From a virus (taxonomy: Duplodnaviria > Caudoviricetes): a stretch of DNA of 52,167 nt. Location of the stretch: the IMG/VR virus record IMGVR_UViG_3300015245_000043, positions 1-52,167 of that record. The stretch is one strand, 5' to 3'. The notes below the pieces were generated by a model. The model made no database searches. It saw nothing but the letters and a program-made list of their open reading frames with translations, and was not told where the DNA came from. A program made the translations under genes and the position numbers. Positions 1 to 8,323 of this stretch are shown piece by piece (the stretch's first letter is position 1; the number at the start of each line of letters is the position of its first letter).

Positions 1-209
1 AGATTGCCGTTGATAAATGCATTCACCTTCTTGATGCCAATGGCTTGCCACGCGACCGAGAGCCAGGTGCCCCACGACTGGGCGTAGGCCGGATAGGTAA
101 CGGCGAGACCGCCTCCCTCCGAGGTGTCGTTTGGATCGTACATCGGAGTCGCATTGGCGAAGCGCTCCTGGTTGTCGGGAGGGGTGAAGTTCATCGTCCG
201 GGCATAAAA
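1..209 (-). other. Internal fragment of a GMC oxidoreductase gene, fungal-like (foreign, probably chimeric DNA)
   Basis: Minus-strand frame reads FYARTMNFTPPDNQERFANATPMYDPNDTSEGGGLAVTYPAYAQSWGTWLSVAWQAIGIKKVNAFINGN, resembling the FTPP..R.ANATP.YD..GGPL.VTYP.YAQ segment of fungal GMC oxidoreductases; open at both ends. Confidence 0.6.
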
Positions 210-786
210 CTCCAGCATGTTATCGCAGAATTCAACCATCCATTGCTTACGCGAATATTTGGAATTGATCGTTACACGATTCGAATTGGCGATTTGAATT
301 TGCCCCCAGCCCAAAGCGCCTATTGTTAAGCAATCCCCATCCCAAAAACTCGATTGAAACAAATTTCACCTGCTCAATAATTGCCTTTAGGCCGTCAACG
401 TCATAGGAAACCATCAAGATAACAAAGTAGTTCCTATCGTCCTCGTAAAACCGTGCGAGCCGCTCGACAGAAATCAGATTCGGCATGTTGAATTTGGTGC
501 TCAGTCGATGCGTCTTAACATCAACAACATTATAGAATCCGTCGCAATCTTCAAACGCCAAGTCCGCCATTGCTCGTCGTGCAAATTCGGAAGAATACTT
601 AGCACACAATTGTTCGCCCAAAATCCCTTGTAAATTATCAGACAAGATATCTTGAATGGCGTCGCCGACGGCGCGTGGACTGTTTACTGTAGAACCGGAC
701 AGAAAGGCTTCTTGTTCATTAAGAAACGTTTTGATTCGTTCCTCGATAGCCTCATACTGGTCGCTGTAAAAGATCTTACTTTTCAT
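210..786 (-). pseudogene. Putative type II restriction endonuclease, frameshifted near 335-338 and truncated at about 210
   Basis: PD-(D/E)xK-like MADLAF...VVDVKT motif; lies directly downstream of a methyltransferase; the alternative frame after the G4 run continues DCLTIGALGWGQIQIANSN...MLEFY; lower GC than the phage. Confidence 0.55.
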
Positions 787-805
787 GGGCGAGCTTCGAG
801 AGGGT

Positions 806-1264
806 TCAAAATCCGAACTGATCTTGAGTTACGTTGGCGGGTTTTTTTCGTGGTGCGTCTTTCTTCTGATCCGTAAGGGTGTTGCGCTCCCAGAAAACCT
901 TGTCGTGATAGCCTTGAATTGAATTATCGCGCTCCACTAATGCAAGACGCTTTTCTGCGAGACAGCAATAAGTCTCGTCAATCTCTACTCCAACAAACTT
1001 TCGATTAAGCTTCTTGGCGACCACGGAGGTTGTACCAGAACCAAGGAAAGGATCAAAGACGACATCCCCAGCATTTGAACTCGCGAGCATTAGCTTGGCG
1101 ATTAGCTTCTCTGGCTTCTGTGTAGGATGGTCTGTGTTTTCCGGCATTGACCAAAACGGTACTGTAATGTCAGTCCATAGGTTCGAAGGATGGGTGAACC
1201 GAAAGTCTCCATTTTCAGTCCGTGCCCAGTCCTTTGGTTTTCCGTCTTCGCGGGTGTATGGTGC
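806..1264 (-). pseudogene. C-terminal half of an N6/N4 DNA methyltransferase (beta class), 5' end missing
   Basis: HPTQKPEKL and DPFLGSGTT (SAM-binding motif I) present; the catalytic DPPY half is absent; similarity appears to stop at APY (about 1264), where phage-like sequence begins. Confidence 0.85.
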
Positions 1265-1307
1265 GCCGTCGACACTGTCCCTACACTTCCAACCAAGGGG
1301 TATCCCA

Positions 1308-1943
1308 ATGTCAAAAGGCTGGATCACTTTCGAGTTTGAGACGACGCCGGGCGCTGTCCCGACGCCGCCGATCTACTACCCGCCGCCGGGTCAGCCGGCG
1401 CACCCCATCGCGCCTGGCGGCCCGCCGCCCGAAGTGTGGCCGCCGCAGCCGCCGGTCGGCATCTGGCCGTCGCCGCCGGTCTATCCGTCACAGGGGTTGC
1501 CGATCGCGCCGGGTCATCCGTCACATCCCATCGTGATCCCGCCTGGCGGCATCGTCATGCCGCCCATCGTGATCGATGGCAAGCCGACGCCGCCGATCTA
1601 CTATCCGCCGCAGGTGTGGCCGTCGCCGCGTCCAATTCCGGGGCACCCGATTGTGCTGCCGCCGGACGTGAAGCCGCCGGTCATGTGGCCGCCGTCGCCG
1701 CCGGACGTGGCGACACCGCCCATCGTGATCCCGCCCGGCGGTATCGTCATGCCGCCGATCTACAACGACGGCGTCGTGACACCGCCGATCTACTACCCGC
1801 CGGTCGTCGATAACACCTTGCCGGCGCCGCCAGGACAGCCGCTCGTGCCGGGAATGCCGTTGCCGCCGTCGGCTCAGCCGAAGCCGACACCGCCAGCGGG
1901 CGCGCCGCCTGCGAGCGGTGCCAAGCCGGTGCCGGGTCACTGA
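1308..1943 (+). CDS. Proline-rich repeat protein (PxHPI/TPPIYYPP repeats), variant 1
   Basis: ATG at 1308 after AAGGGG; 211 aa with repeated HPIVIPP/PPIYYPP; homologous to 51578-52123. Confidence 0.8.
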   Translation: MSKGWITFEFETTPGAVPTPPIYYPPPGQPAHPIAPGGPPPEVWPPQPPVGIWPSPPVYPSQGLPIAPGHPSHPIVIPPGGIVMPPIVIDGKPTPPIYYPPQVWPSPRPIPGHPIVLPPDVKPPVMWPPSPPDVATPPIVIPPGGIVMPPIYNDGVVTPPIYYPPVVDNTLPAPPGQPLVPGMPLPPSAQPKPTPPAGAPPASGAKPVPGH

Positions 1944-1948
1944 CACAA

Positions 1949-2131
1949 ATGAGGGTCGTCATCATCCTGATGGCGGCCCTCTTGTCGGCGTGCGCGTCGA
2001 GCAGCCCGCCCAACGCCATCGGCGCCATCATGTCGCCGCTCTGCGTGTTCAATTGCGTCACGGTCATCCACTACGCCAACGGCGTCGAGACGATGACCGA
2101 AAGTCCGCGCATTACGAAGGTGAACCACTAG
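1949..2131 (+). CDS. Small lipoprotein
   Basis: Hydrophobic signal with LSAC lipobox; PLCVFNC..HY motif shared with 51327-51494. Confidence 0.65.
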   Translation: MRVVIILMAALLSACASSSPPNAIGAIMSPLCVFNCVTVIHYANGVETMTESPRITKVNH

Positions 2132-2151
2132 CGGCTGCTCTCGCTGCTCTC
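2128..2151. repeat. 24-bp exact direct repeat of the window end (52144-52167)
   Basis: CTAGCGGCTGCTCTCGCTGCTCTC at both positions. Confidence 0.95.
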
Positions 2152-2355
2152 CTGATGCCCGACGCCGCCGACGAGCGGCCCATGAAACTCGACGACCAGC
2201 GCGTCGTTGATCTTCAACCGAACAGCCTTATGATAGAACGCGGAGCCGCCGGTTTCGTGGCGCGTCTCCTTCCATAGCTTCGCCTGCTCCTCCAGGTTTT
2301 TGTAGTCCTCGTAGGACAGGTGCATGTAGATGACGGCGGGCTTGCTCATCTTCAT
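2128..2355 (-). CDS. Hypothetical phage protein
   Basis: 75-aa ORF with GGAG RBS, packed at the end of the replication operon. Confidence 0.7.
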   Translation of the reverse strand: MKMSKPAVIYMHLSYEDYKNLEEQAKLWKETRHETGGSAFYHKAVRLKINDALVVEFHGPLVGGVGHQESSESSR

Positions 2356-2361
2356 CTCCCT

Positions 2362-2691
2362 CTAGGACAATGGTCCACGTTGCCATACCGTGATTGGCGA
2401 ACAGTGCAATGTATCGCGTGACGATGGGACTGGCAGTCGCGGCGCCTTCTTGATCAATCCTTCTTTTGCGAGCTTGGCAAAAATTGGCCCCATCGCTCTC
2501 TCATCATGCGTCCACACATGGGGGTAGCGAACGTGCATCAGGGCGCGAACGTCGTCAGCCGTGAATTCACATTTGTCGCGCACTACTAGCCTCGCACAGT
2601 GATCCGCCGCCGCCATCCATGCCGGGTCAGCATGTCGTTTAACCCGATCCATTCCCTCTTTTTTAAGAGCCTCGCCGTCCTCGCGGCTCAT
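2362..2691 (-). CDS. Hypothetical phage protein, possibly winged-helix (FTADDV motif)
   Basis: ATG overlaps the polymerase stop codon; lower GC than neighbours. Confidence 0.7.
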   Translation of the reverse strand: MSREDGEALKKEGMDRVKRHADPAWMAAADHCARLVVRDKCEFTADDVRALMHVRYPHVWTHDERAMGPIFAKLAKEGLIKKAPRLPVPSSRDTLHCSPITVWQRGPLS

Positions 2692-4697
2692 TTGCGATAC
2701 CTCGGCCCCGACCAGCCCGCGACCTTCAACGGGCAGTCGCCGATCCACTCCGGCGTCACGTTCAAGAGCGCGATGAATTCGGTGAGCGACTTGTCGCCCA
2801 TGATCAGATCGCCATCGCCGACTTCGGAGACGATCTCATCATGGACGTGCAGCACAACCGGATAGCCGGCGGCCTCGACGCGCAGAATGCCGGCGGCCAG
2901 GACATCGCGCGCGAGTGCCTGCGTCGCGTTCTCCGTCAGCTTTCCGCCGTAGGTGTACATGCGACACCATTGGTAGGTGATCGGGTTCACTCCGGTGAAC
3001 GTGATCTGCTCGCGCTCGTAGGGACCGTCATCGCCCTCGACGACGACGGTCTCGATCTTCGGATGCAGGTAGGCGAGGAAGCGGCCCGACGGCAGCTTCA
3101 TGTAGAGGACGCTGCCCTTGACGCCGAAGCGCAGGCCGCTGCGATGCTGGTAGACCGTGCCGGGGTTCTCGATGGCGTTCTTGGCCGCCTCATCCATCGC
3201 GCGCCATAGCTCCGTGATCTCCGGGTTGGTCGCGCGGTAGGTCTCGATGGCAAGCTGCGCGTCGTAGTCGTCGATGACGACGCCTTCCTTGGCGATCCGG
3301 TTTTGCAGGTTGCGCCAGCCGCATTGGTAGCCGCAGGAGAGGACCAGGGTCTTGCCCAGGAAGCGCTCGCCGTCGTCGATGTCGGCGACCGCCTTGTGGT
3401 AGACGTGCGACGCCATGACCTTGTAGGGATCGCTGCCGGTCCTGAACAGGTGCAGGACGATCTTGGCGCTCGCCAGCCAGGCCAGAATGCGCGCCTCGAT
3501 CGCGTTCCAGTCGGCGACCAGCAGCTTCTTGCCGCGCGCCGCGATGACGCAGCCGCGCAGCAGCGACGCGATCAGGTCGAGCGGCGGCCCATGCAGCGCC
3601 TCGATGCCGGTGAGGTCGAGCGTGCGGTCGGCCGCCTTCACATCCTCGACCGTCGCTTCGAGGTCGGCCGGCAGCAGATGCCCGCGCGGGAAATTATGAG
3701 GTTGCAGGAGATGCCCGGCCCATCGGCCGGTCTGGCGGGCGCCGTAGTAGCGCAGCACGCCTCTGATGCGGCCGTCGCGGTTGCTGGCGCGCTGCATCAC
3801 CGCCAGCTTGGCCGTCGACGACTTGCTGGCCTCCTGACGGATCGTCAGCACGGCGCGGACGGCGTCGGTCAGGTCGTCGCGTTTCAGCAGCCGCACCAGC
3901 GTGTACTTGTCGATGCTGTCGAGATCGTCATCGAGGTCGGCGTGCAGCGCCAGCCATTTGAGCAGGTCGTTGCGCTTGCGCGTGTTGGCAACCATGCCTT
4001 TCGTCAGTTCGCGAACGTCGTGATCGAGCCTGGCCGCCGCCTTGCCGACGACGGTCAGCGCGGCATGTACCAGGTCGTGATCGAGCAGCATGCCGCGCTC
4101 GTTGATCTTCTGATCGATCAGGTAGATGGCGCGCTCCTCGTCTGGCATCGGCCGCAGCCGCGATCCGATGGCGCGCTCCGTCGCGATGTCCTGCATGCAG
4201 TAATCGCCAAGCCGTAGCTGCATCGTCTCGTCATCCCACCAGATGACGGAGCCGTCGACGTTGACCAGGCGCGGCCGGCACATCTTCAACATCAGCTTGC
4301 GGCCATCCATGTCCTTCCGCATGTTGATGCCGAGAGCTTCGGCCGCCTTGTCGAGCGCTGCCGGCAAGCCCTGCGTCAGCGCTTGCGCCTGCGTACACCA
4401 GGTCTGCTCGACCGGCAGCGGCGGCCAGCCCTGGCGGTACGTCAGGATGCCGTTCCAGACGATCCGCTCGAAGGCCGCGTTCCAGGCGCGGAACATCCCG
4501 CCGGCCCGCGCATGCTCCTGTAGCTCCTTGGGAAGCGTCTGGCCTCGACGCCACAGGGAAATAGGGCCGAAGTCGAAGGCCCAGGCCATGCACCAGACAT
4601 CGGTCGTCGGATGCTCGACGTACTTGTAGACGCCGACTTTCGGAAGATCGACCTGGCTGCGGGTCTCGAAATCGATCGAGCAGATCGGCGCGGTCAT
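2688..4697 (-). CDS. Phage family A DNA polymerase with 3'-5' exonuclease domain
   Basis: Exo I DFET, Exo II WNAAFER, Exo III YCMQD; motif A DWNAIEAR, motif B RFLGKTLVLSCGY, motif C VHDEIV. Confidence 0.95.
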   Translation of the reverse strand: MTAPICSIDFETRSQVDLPKVGVYKYVEHPTTDVWCMAWAFDFGPISLWRRGQTLPKELQEHARAGGMFRAWNAAFERIVWNGILTYRQGWPPLPVEQTWCTQAQALTQGLPAALDKAAEALGINMRKDMDGRKLMLKMCRPRLVNVDGSVIWWDDETMQLRLGDYCMQDIATERAIGSRLRPMPDEERAIYLIDQKINERGMLLDHDLVHAALTVVGKAAARLDHDVRELTKGMVANTRKRNDLLKWLALHADLDDDLDSIDKYTLVRLLKRDDLTDAVRAVLTIRQEASKSSTAKLAVMQRASNRDGRIRGVLRYYGARQTGRWAGHLLQPHNFPRGHLLPADLEATVEDVKAADRTLDLTGIEALHGPPLDLIASLLRGCVIAARGKKLLVADWNAIEARILAWLASAKIVLHLFRTGSDPYKVMASHVYHKAVADIDDGERFLGKTLVLSCGYQCGWRNLQNRIAKEGVVIDDYDAQLAIETYRATNPEITELWRAMDEAAKNAIENPGTVYQHRSGLRFGVKGSVLYMKLPSGRFLAYLHPKIETVVVEGDDGPYEREQITFTGVNPITYQWCRMYTYGGKLTENATQALARDVLAAGILRVEAAGYPVVLHVHDEIVSEVGDGDLIMGDKSLTEFIALLNVTPEWIGDCPLKVAGWSGPRYRK

Positions 4698-4957
4698 TTT
4701 ATCAGTTCATCGAGGTCGACGTGATCGAGGTCGAGCCGCCACTTCAATTCCGCGACGCCACTGGCGGCGAGATCGAAGCAGCCGTTGATCCGCTCCAGCG
4801 AGGTCGTCTTGGCGGCGTCGCGCCGGTAGCCCTCGACCGTGTTGAAGGTGATGTTGACGCCGTCGCGATACCATTGCAGCGCGTCGACCAGGTGGCGCAC
4901 GCCGGCAGGCGTGATCCTGCCGGCGGCGTCGTAGACTAGCTGTAGATCACTATCCAC
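4694..4957 (-). CDS. Hypothetical protein
   Basis: 87-aa GTG-start ORF whose stop overlaps the polymerase start. Confidence 0.6.
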   Translation of the reverse strand: MDSDLQLVYDAAGRITPAGVRHLVDALQWYRDGVNITFNTVEGYRRDAAKTTSLERINGCFDLAASGVAELKWRLDLDHVDLDELIK

Positions 4958-4978
4958 GACGGTAACCCGACACTCCGA

Positions 4979-5575
4979 TCAAAACGGAATGCCGCTGTCG
5001 TTGCCGCCGCCGACCGGCCCGGCGCCGGCACCAGCAAGCGGCGTGAAGTCCTGCTCGATGGTGCGACGGTTGTCGAGACGCGGCCCGTCCTTGATCTTCT
5101 GCATGTTGCCGAGACCGAAGGAGACGCCGCGCTTGCCGACGCGCTCCCAGGCGAAGGCGTTGACCGTCGCGTGAACGTAGCAACCGCTGTAGATCACGTT
5201 CGGATCGATGACCGCCTGGCGTGCCTGGTCGCACAGGCCCGGCGGGAATTGCGACTGGCAATTGATCGCGACGCTCCCTTCGGGGAAGCCGGGGATTTTC
5301 GCGTCATTCTCTTTCAGGACTTTGAACGGCCAGTTTTCGAGCGGGATCGCCCGCGCCTTGGCCTCGCCGAACGCCTCGACCGCCGCCCGCCAGATCAGGT
5401 TCTTTAGCGCCGTGATGTCGATGCCCGGCGCGAACACCAGGACGCAGCTATAGTTGCTCTTGGTCGCGTCGAAGCGCGACACCTTCGGCCGGAACAGGTT
5501 GGCGAAGCTGAGCCGGGCTTCCGGCGTCAGGATGAATTGGCTCTTAACCGGAGCCGTCGGGTTTGGTAGCGCCAT
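4979..5575 (-). CDS. DUF2815-family single-stranded DNA-binding protein
   Basis: RLSFANLF..P, IYSGCY, GVSFGLGNMQKIKDGPRL motifs; acidic/aromatic C-terminus DSGIPF. Confidence 0.9.
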   Translation of the reverse strand: MALPNPTAPVKSQFILTPEARLSFANLFRPKVSRFDATKSNYSCVLVFAPGIDITALKNLIWRAAVEAFGEAKARAIPLENWPFKVLKENDAKIPGFPEGSVAINCQSQFPPGLCDQARQAVIDPNVIYSGCYVHATVNAFAWERVGKRGVSFGLGNMQKIKDGPRLDNRRTIEQDFTPLAGAGAGPVGGGNDSGIPF

Positions 5576-6059
5576 CTTTAGTCTCCTCAGTTTTCAACGA
5601 TGCTGCCGGAGCCGCCGGCAGTTCGGGAAAGGCCGTGAACCCCTGTGACGGGACCGGCGGCCTGACATCGTCATCAGACGCGAGGGTCGTGCCTGACGAG
5701 ATCATCTGCGCGTAGAGCGCGACGATGCCGCGCTTCTCTTTCGGTAGCTTCTTCTCGATTTGCGCGGGCGAGCGCAGGCTGATCTCCACGATCGCCTCGT
5801 CGGACAAGCCGATCTCGTGCAGCGCCGCGATGATGTGACGGTCCTCGTCGATCCATTGCCGGCGCCCGCGCTTCATCACCAGCTTGTAGCCGGGGATCAC
5901 GACGCCATGCTCAGCGGCGGCGTGCGCGCACTCGCGCACCAGCTTGATCCAATCCTCGACCAGGTCGAGCTTCGGCAGCAGCATGGCAAGCTGCTCCGGC
6001 GTCATCATGCGCGGATCGGCGAGCGCCTGCGGCGGCTTATTGAGGGTCAGAGCGGACAT
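5544..6059 (-). CDS. C-terminal part of a DUF2800-family protein, encoded as a separate ORF
   Basis: LPKLDLVEDWIK..IPGYKLV..RGRRQW..LRSPAQIEK matches the C-terminal region of DUF2800 proteins; AGGTG SD before the ATG. Confidence 0.75.
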   Translation of the reverse strand: MSALTLNKPPQALADPRMMTPEQLAMLLPKLDLVEDWIKLVRECAHAAAEHGVVIPGYKLVMKRGRRQWIDEDRHIIAALHEIGLSDEAIVEISLRSPAQIEKKLPKEKRGIVALYAQMISSGTTLASDDDVRPPVPSQGFTAFPELPAAPAASLKTEETKDGATKPDGSG

Positions 6060-6832
6060 GGCGACACCTGTGTGAGATCGGGAAATTGGAGCGCGACTTG
6101 CGCGAGTGCATGGTCGCGGTAGGCGACACAGACGCCAGCAGCCCGACACCAGCGACACCAGGAACCGGCGCGCAGGGGCGCCAGCGGATTGTCGGTCGCC
6201 TCTGCCGCCTTCAAGAGGTCCATGCTCCAGTCGTAGACATCGATCAGGTCGACGCGCCAGCGCCGCACAGGCCCGGCCGAATGGCGGGCGCGCGGCTGCA
6301 CGATGACAAGCTCGACCGCCTCGATGTTCAAGCCGGCCAGGTTGATGACGGCGCCGTAGCCGTAGTAGAGAAGCTGTCGGTTGCCGACGACTTCGACCAG
6401 GACGCCCTTGCCGCCCTTGAAGTCGTAGACGCGCACGACGTTGTCGCGGCAGCGGACCAGGATGGCGTCGTTGGTCCCGTACATGCCGGGACGCAGGCGA
6501 TCGAGGTCGAAGCGTTTCTCGATCAGCAGTTCGCCGCCGTACTCGTGCTGATCGGCCCGCACGACCTGCACGTAGAGCTTGACCGCCTCGACCATCTCCT
6601 CGTCTAGCTCGATGCCCTCCCATTGGAACAGTATCCAATCCGGCTCCAGGCCGGTCGTCAGCCATTGCTCGCCGGCCCGGTGCATTGCCGTGCCTTCGAG
6701 CGCGTAGATGCTGGCGCCGGACCATAGCTCTTTCGGCAGCGAGCGGATCAGACCAGGACTGCCGGGACACTCCATCCAACGGTCAGCGGTCGATGCGCCT
6801 AGCTCTGCGTGCGGTCGTGCGGTTTCGGTCAT
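6047..6832 (-). CDS. DUF2800 / Cas4-like PD-(D/E)xK exonuclease, N-terminal part
   Basis: HAELGASTADRWMECPGS, EGTAMH, GTNDAI..VYDFKGGKG, QLLYY, C-terminal WCRWC...C Fe-S cysteines. Confidence 0.9.
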   Translation of the reverse strand: MTETARPHAELGASTADRWMECPGSPGLIRSLPKELWSGASIYALEGTAMHRAGEQWLTTGLEPDWILFQWEGIELDEEMVEAVKLYVQVVRADQHEYGGELLIEKRFDLDRLRPGMYGTNDAILVRCRDNVVRVYDFKGGKGVLVEVVGNRQLLYYGYGAVINLAGLNIEAVELVIVQPRARHSAGPVRRWRVDLIDVYDWSMDLLKAAEATDNPLAPLRAGSWCRWCRAAGVCVAYRDHALAQVALQFPDLTQVSPCPL

Positions 6833-7029
6833 GTCAGTGTGACGGGCGCCTGGAACACGCCTAGCGCGTGCAGGATGCAGAGGATCACCAGGATTGCGAA
6901 CACCGCCCGCACGATCAGCCATATTTGCGGGAACGGCGGCGTAATGTACTTCAAGACAACCTCGACGACGATCCACAGGATCAGCAGGATCAGCAGGCAG
7001 ACGATGAAAGGCAGGACCGCGAACGACAT
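6829..7029 (-). CDS. Small two-helix membrane protein
   Basis: 66 aa with two hydrophobic stretches joined by PPFP; GAGG RBS; stop overlaps the next start. Confidence 0.7.
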   Translation of the reverse strand: MSFAVLPFIVCLLILLILWIVVEVVLKYITPPFPQIWLIVRAVFAILVILCILHALGVFQAPVTLT

Positions 7030-7043
7030 AGGACTTCCCTCCT

Positions 7044-7256
7044 CTAACTGCGCTTCTCCTCGTCGCGCGCCCGAACGGCGTCGACGATCTCTTTGCCGAA
7101 TTCGTTGTTGGCGCAGACCGGGCAGAAGATCATGTCGACGTTCTCGTAGTGCGCCATGCGATGATCGCAGATCATGCAAGCCTCGCCGCTCAGATCGACG
7201 ATCATCTTTAGAGCGGGGTACTTGCTCAGATCAGGTCGTGCTTCCTCAGCAGCCAT
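7044..7256 (-). CDS. Small zinc-ribbon protein
   Basis: CMIC...CPVC motif; start uncertain (7256 or 7271). Confidence 0.6.
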   Translation of the reverse strand: MAAEEARPDLSKYPALKMIVDLSGEACMICDHRMAHYENVDMIFCPVCANNEFGKEIVDAVRARDEEKRS

Positions 7257-7420
7257 ACTGGAACCCTCCATAGACGATCGCTCTCGCGCTCGCATTGCGA
7301 CTTCGGAAGCCAGATGTCGATCGGCTCCTGCTTCCCCATCGGTACCGCGCGCACGCACCAGGCCAGGCCGGTCTCGGTGACGAAGTCGGCGACGAAATCT
7401 TCGAGGTCATCCGTCGGCAT
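7226..7420 (-). CDS. Conserved small phage protein (WLPKSQ motif)
   Basis: ETGLAW..IWLPKSQ..VPVWLLRK pattern typical of small phage replication-region proteins. Confidence 0.7.
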   Translation of the reverse strand: MPTDDLEDFVADFVTETGLAWCVRAVPMGKQEPIDIWLPKSQCERESDRLWRVPVWLLRKHDLI

Positions 7421-7646
7421 CGACGCGCTCCAGCCGGCGCAGCGCCTTCGCCAGGTCGAGGATCGCGGGACTGGCGAAGTATCGCCACGCCTCGCCGATG
7501 CCGCCGTGCTTCTCGACGGCGCGCTGGCGCACGTGCTTCTCGGCCAGCAGCAGCGACGCCTGGCAGGACTTCACGTGATCCTGCACAACCTCGACGCCCG
7601 CCATGACGACGCGCGCCATGTCCTTCGCGAGCGACGGCGCCGGCAT
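7407..7646 (-). CDS. Hypothetical protein
   Basis: ORF packed between neighbours with overlapping ends. Confidence 0.6.
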   Translation of the reverse strand: MPAPSLAKDMARVVMAGVEVVQDHVKSCQASLLLAEKHVRQRAVEKHGGIGEAWRYFASPAILDLAKALRRLERVDADG

Positions 7647-7648
7647 GC

Positions 7649-8323
7649 TCACAGCATCATTTCCTGGTTGGCCTTGGCGACGACTTCGGCCCAACGCTCC
7701 TTTGGCAACGAGGAGAATTGCGTCGTGCCGTAGCCTTTCAGCAATTCGGTGAGCCGGTTCGGACCATCGGCGCCGTACTTGTTCATGTAGGCGCGCAGCA
7801 CCGCCTTGACCTGGTCCTCGGTGTACATGCTGGTCACCGCTGCCGCCGGCTGCTCCGGCGGGACCGGCGACGCCGTCGCTGCCGGGACCGGCGACACGCC
7901 CGCCGCTGGCTTGGCGCGATTGAGGAAGTCGGGCATGCCCGGCTCCGGCGCAACGGTCGCGGGCTTGGGCGGCGCCGCCGCTGGTGCAGAGGCAGGCGGC
8001 TCCTGCACCGTCGACGGCGCCCCCAACGGATCAGGCGTCTGCACCTGTCCGTTCCCTGCCGCCGCCGCCGGCTTGCGCCCGCGCGGCTTCGGCGGTGTCT
8101 CGGTCAATTGCTCCTGCGCCTGTCCCGCCATCGCCTTCTCGATCAGCCCGGTGACGCGATCGATCGACACCGAGAAGCGGTCGAGCGCGGCGATGATCAG
8201 CGGCTCCGTCGCGTGCTGCGGCTGCTCCTGCTCGCCGTGAAAGACGACGCGCTGTTGCTGGCCTAGCATCAGACCTTGAAGGTGCTGCACGATGGACGTG
8301 AATTCAGTGAGTGTCAGCGGCAT
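7649..8323 (-). CDS. Pro/Ala-rich phage protein with conserved helical C-terminal domain
   Basis: C-terminal TEDQVKAVL..KYG..LLKGYG..FSSLP domain of the kind found upstream of DUF2800 genes; GAGGAG RBS. Confidence 0.75.
   Translation of the reverse strand: MPLTLTEFTSIVQHLQGLMLGQQQRVVFHGEQEQPQHATEPLIIAALDRFSVSIDRVTGLIEKAMAGQAQEQLTETPPKPRGRKPAAAAGNGQVQTPDPLGAPSTVQEPPASAPAAAPPKPATVAPEPGMPDFLNRAKPAAGVSPVPAATASPVPPEQPAAAVTSMYTEDQVKAVLRAYMNKYGADGPNRLTELLKGYGTTQFSSLPKERWAEVVAKANQEMML

Noticed and set aside
1014-1307. N-terminal extension of the Pro-rich ORF (309 aa in the track)
   Set aside because: It is the antisense of the methyltransferase across the junction; the RBS and the homologue support ATG 1308.
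806-1330. Prophage integrated into the methyltransferase gene
   Set aside because: The integrase and attP-like region are internal and intact, no att duplication is visible at 1265, and the flank is itself a mosaic.
6047-6832. CRISPR-Cas system suggested by the Cas4-like nuclease
   Set aside because: No repeat-spacer array or other cas gene seen; the DUF2800-DUF2815-PolA context is a standard phage replication module.
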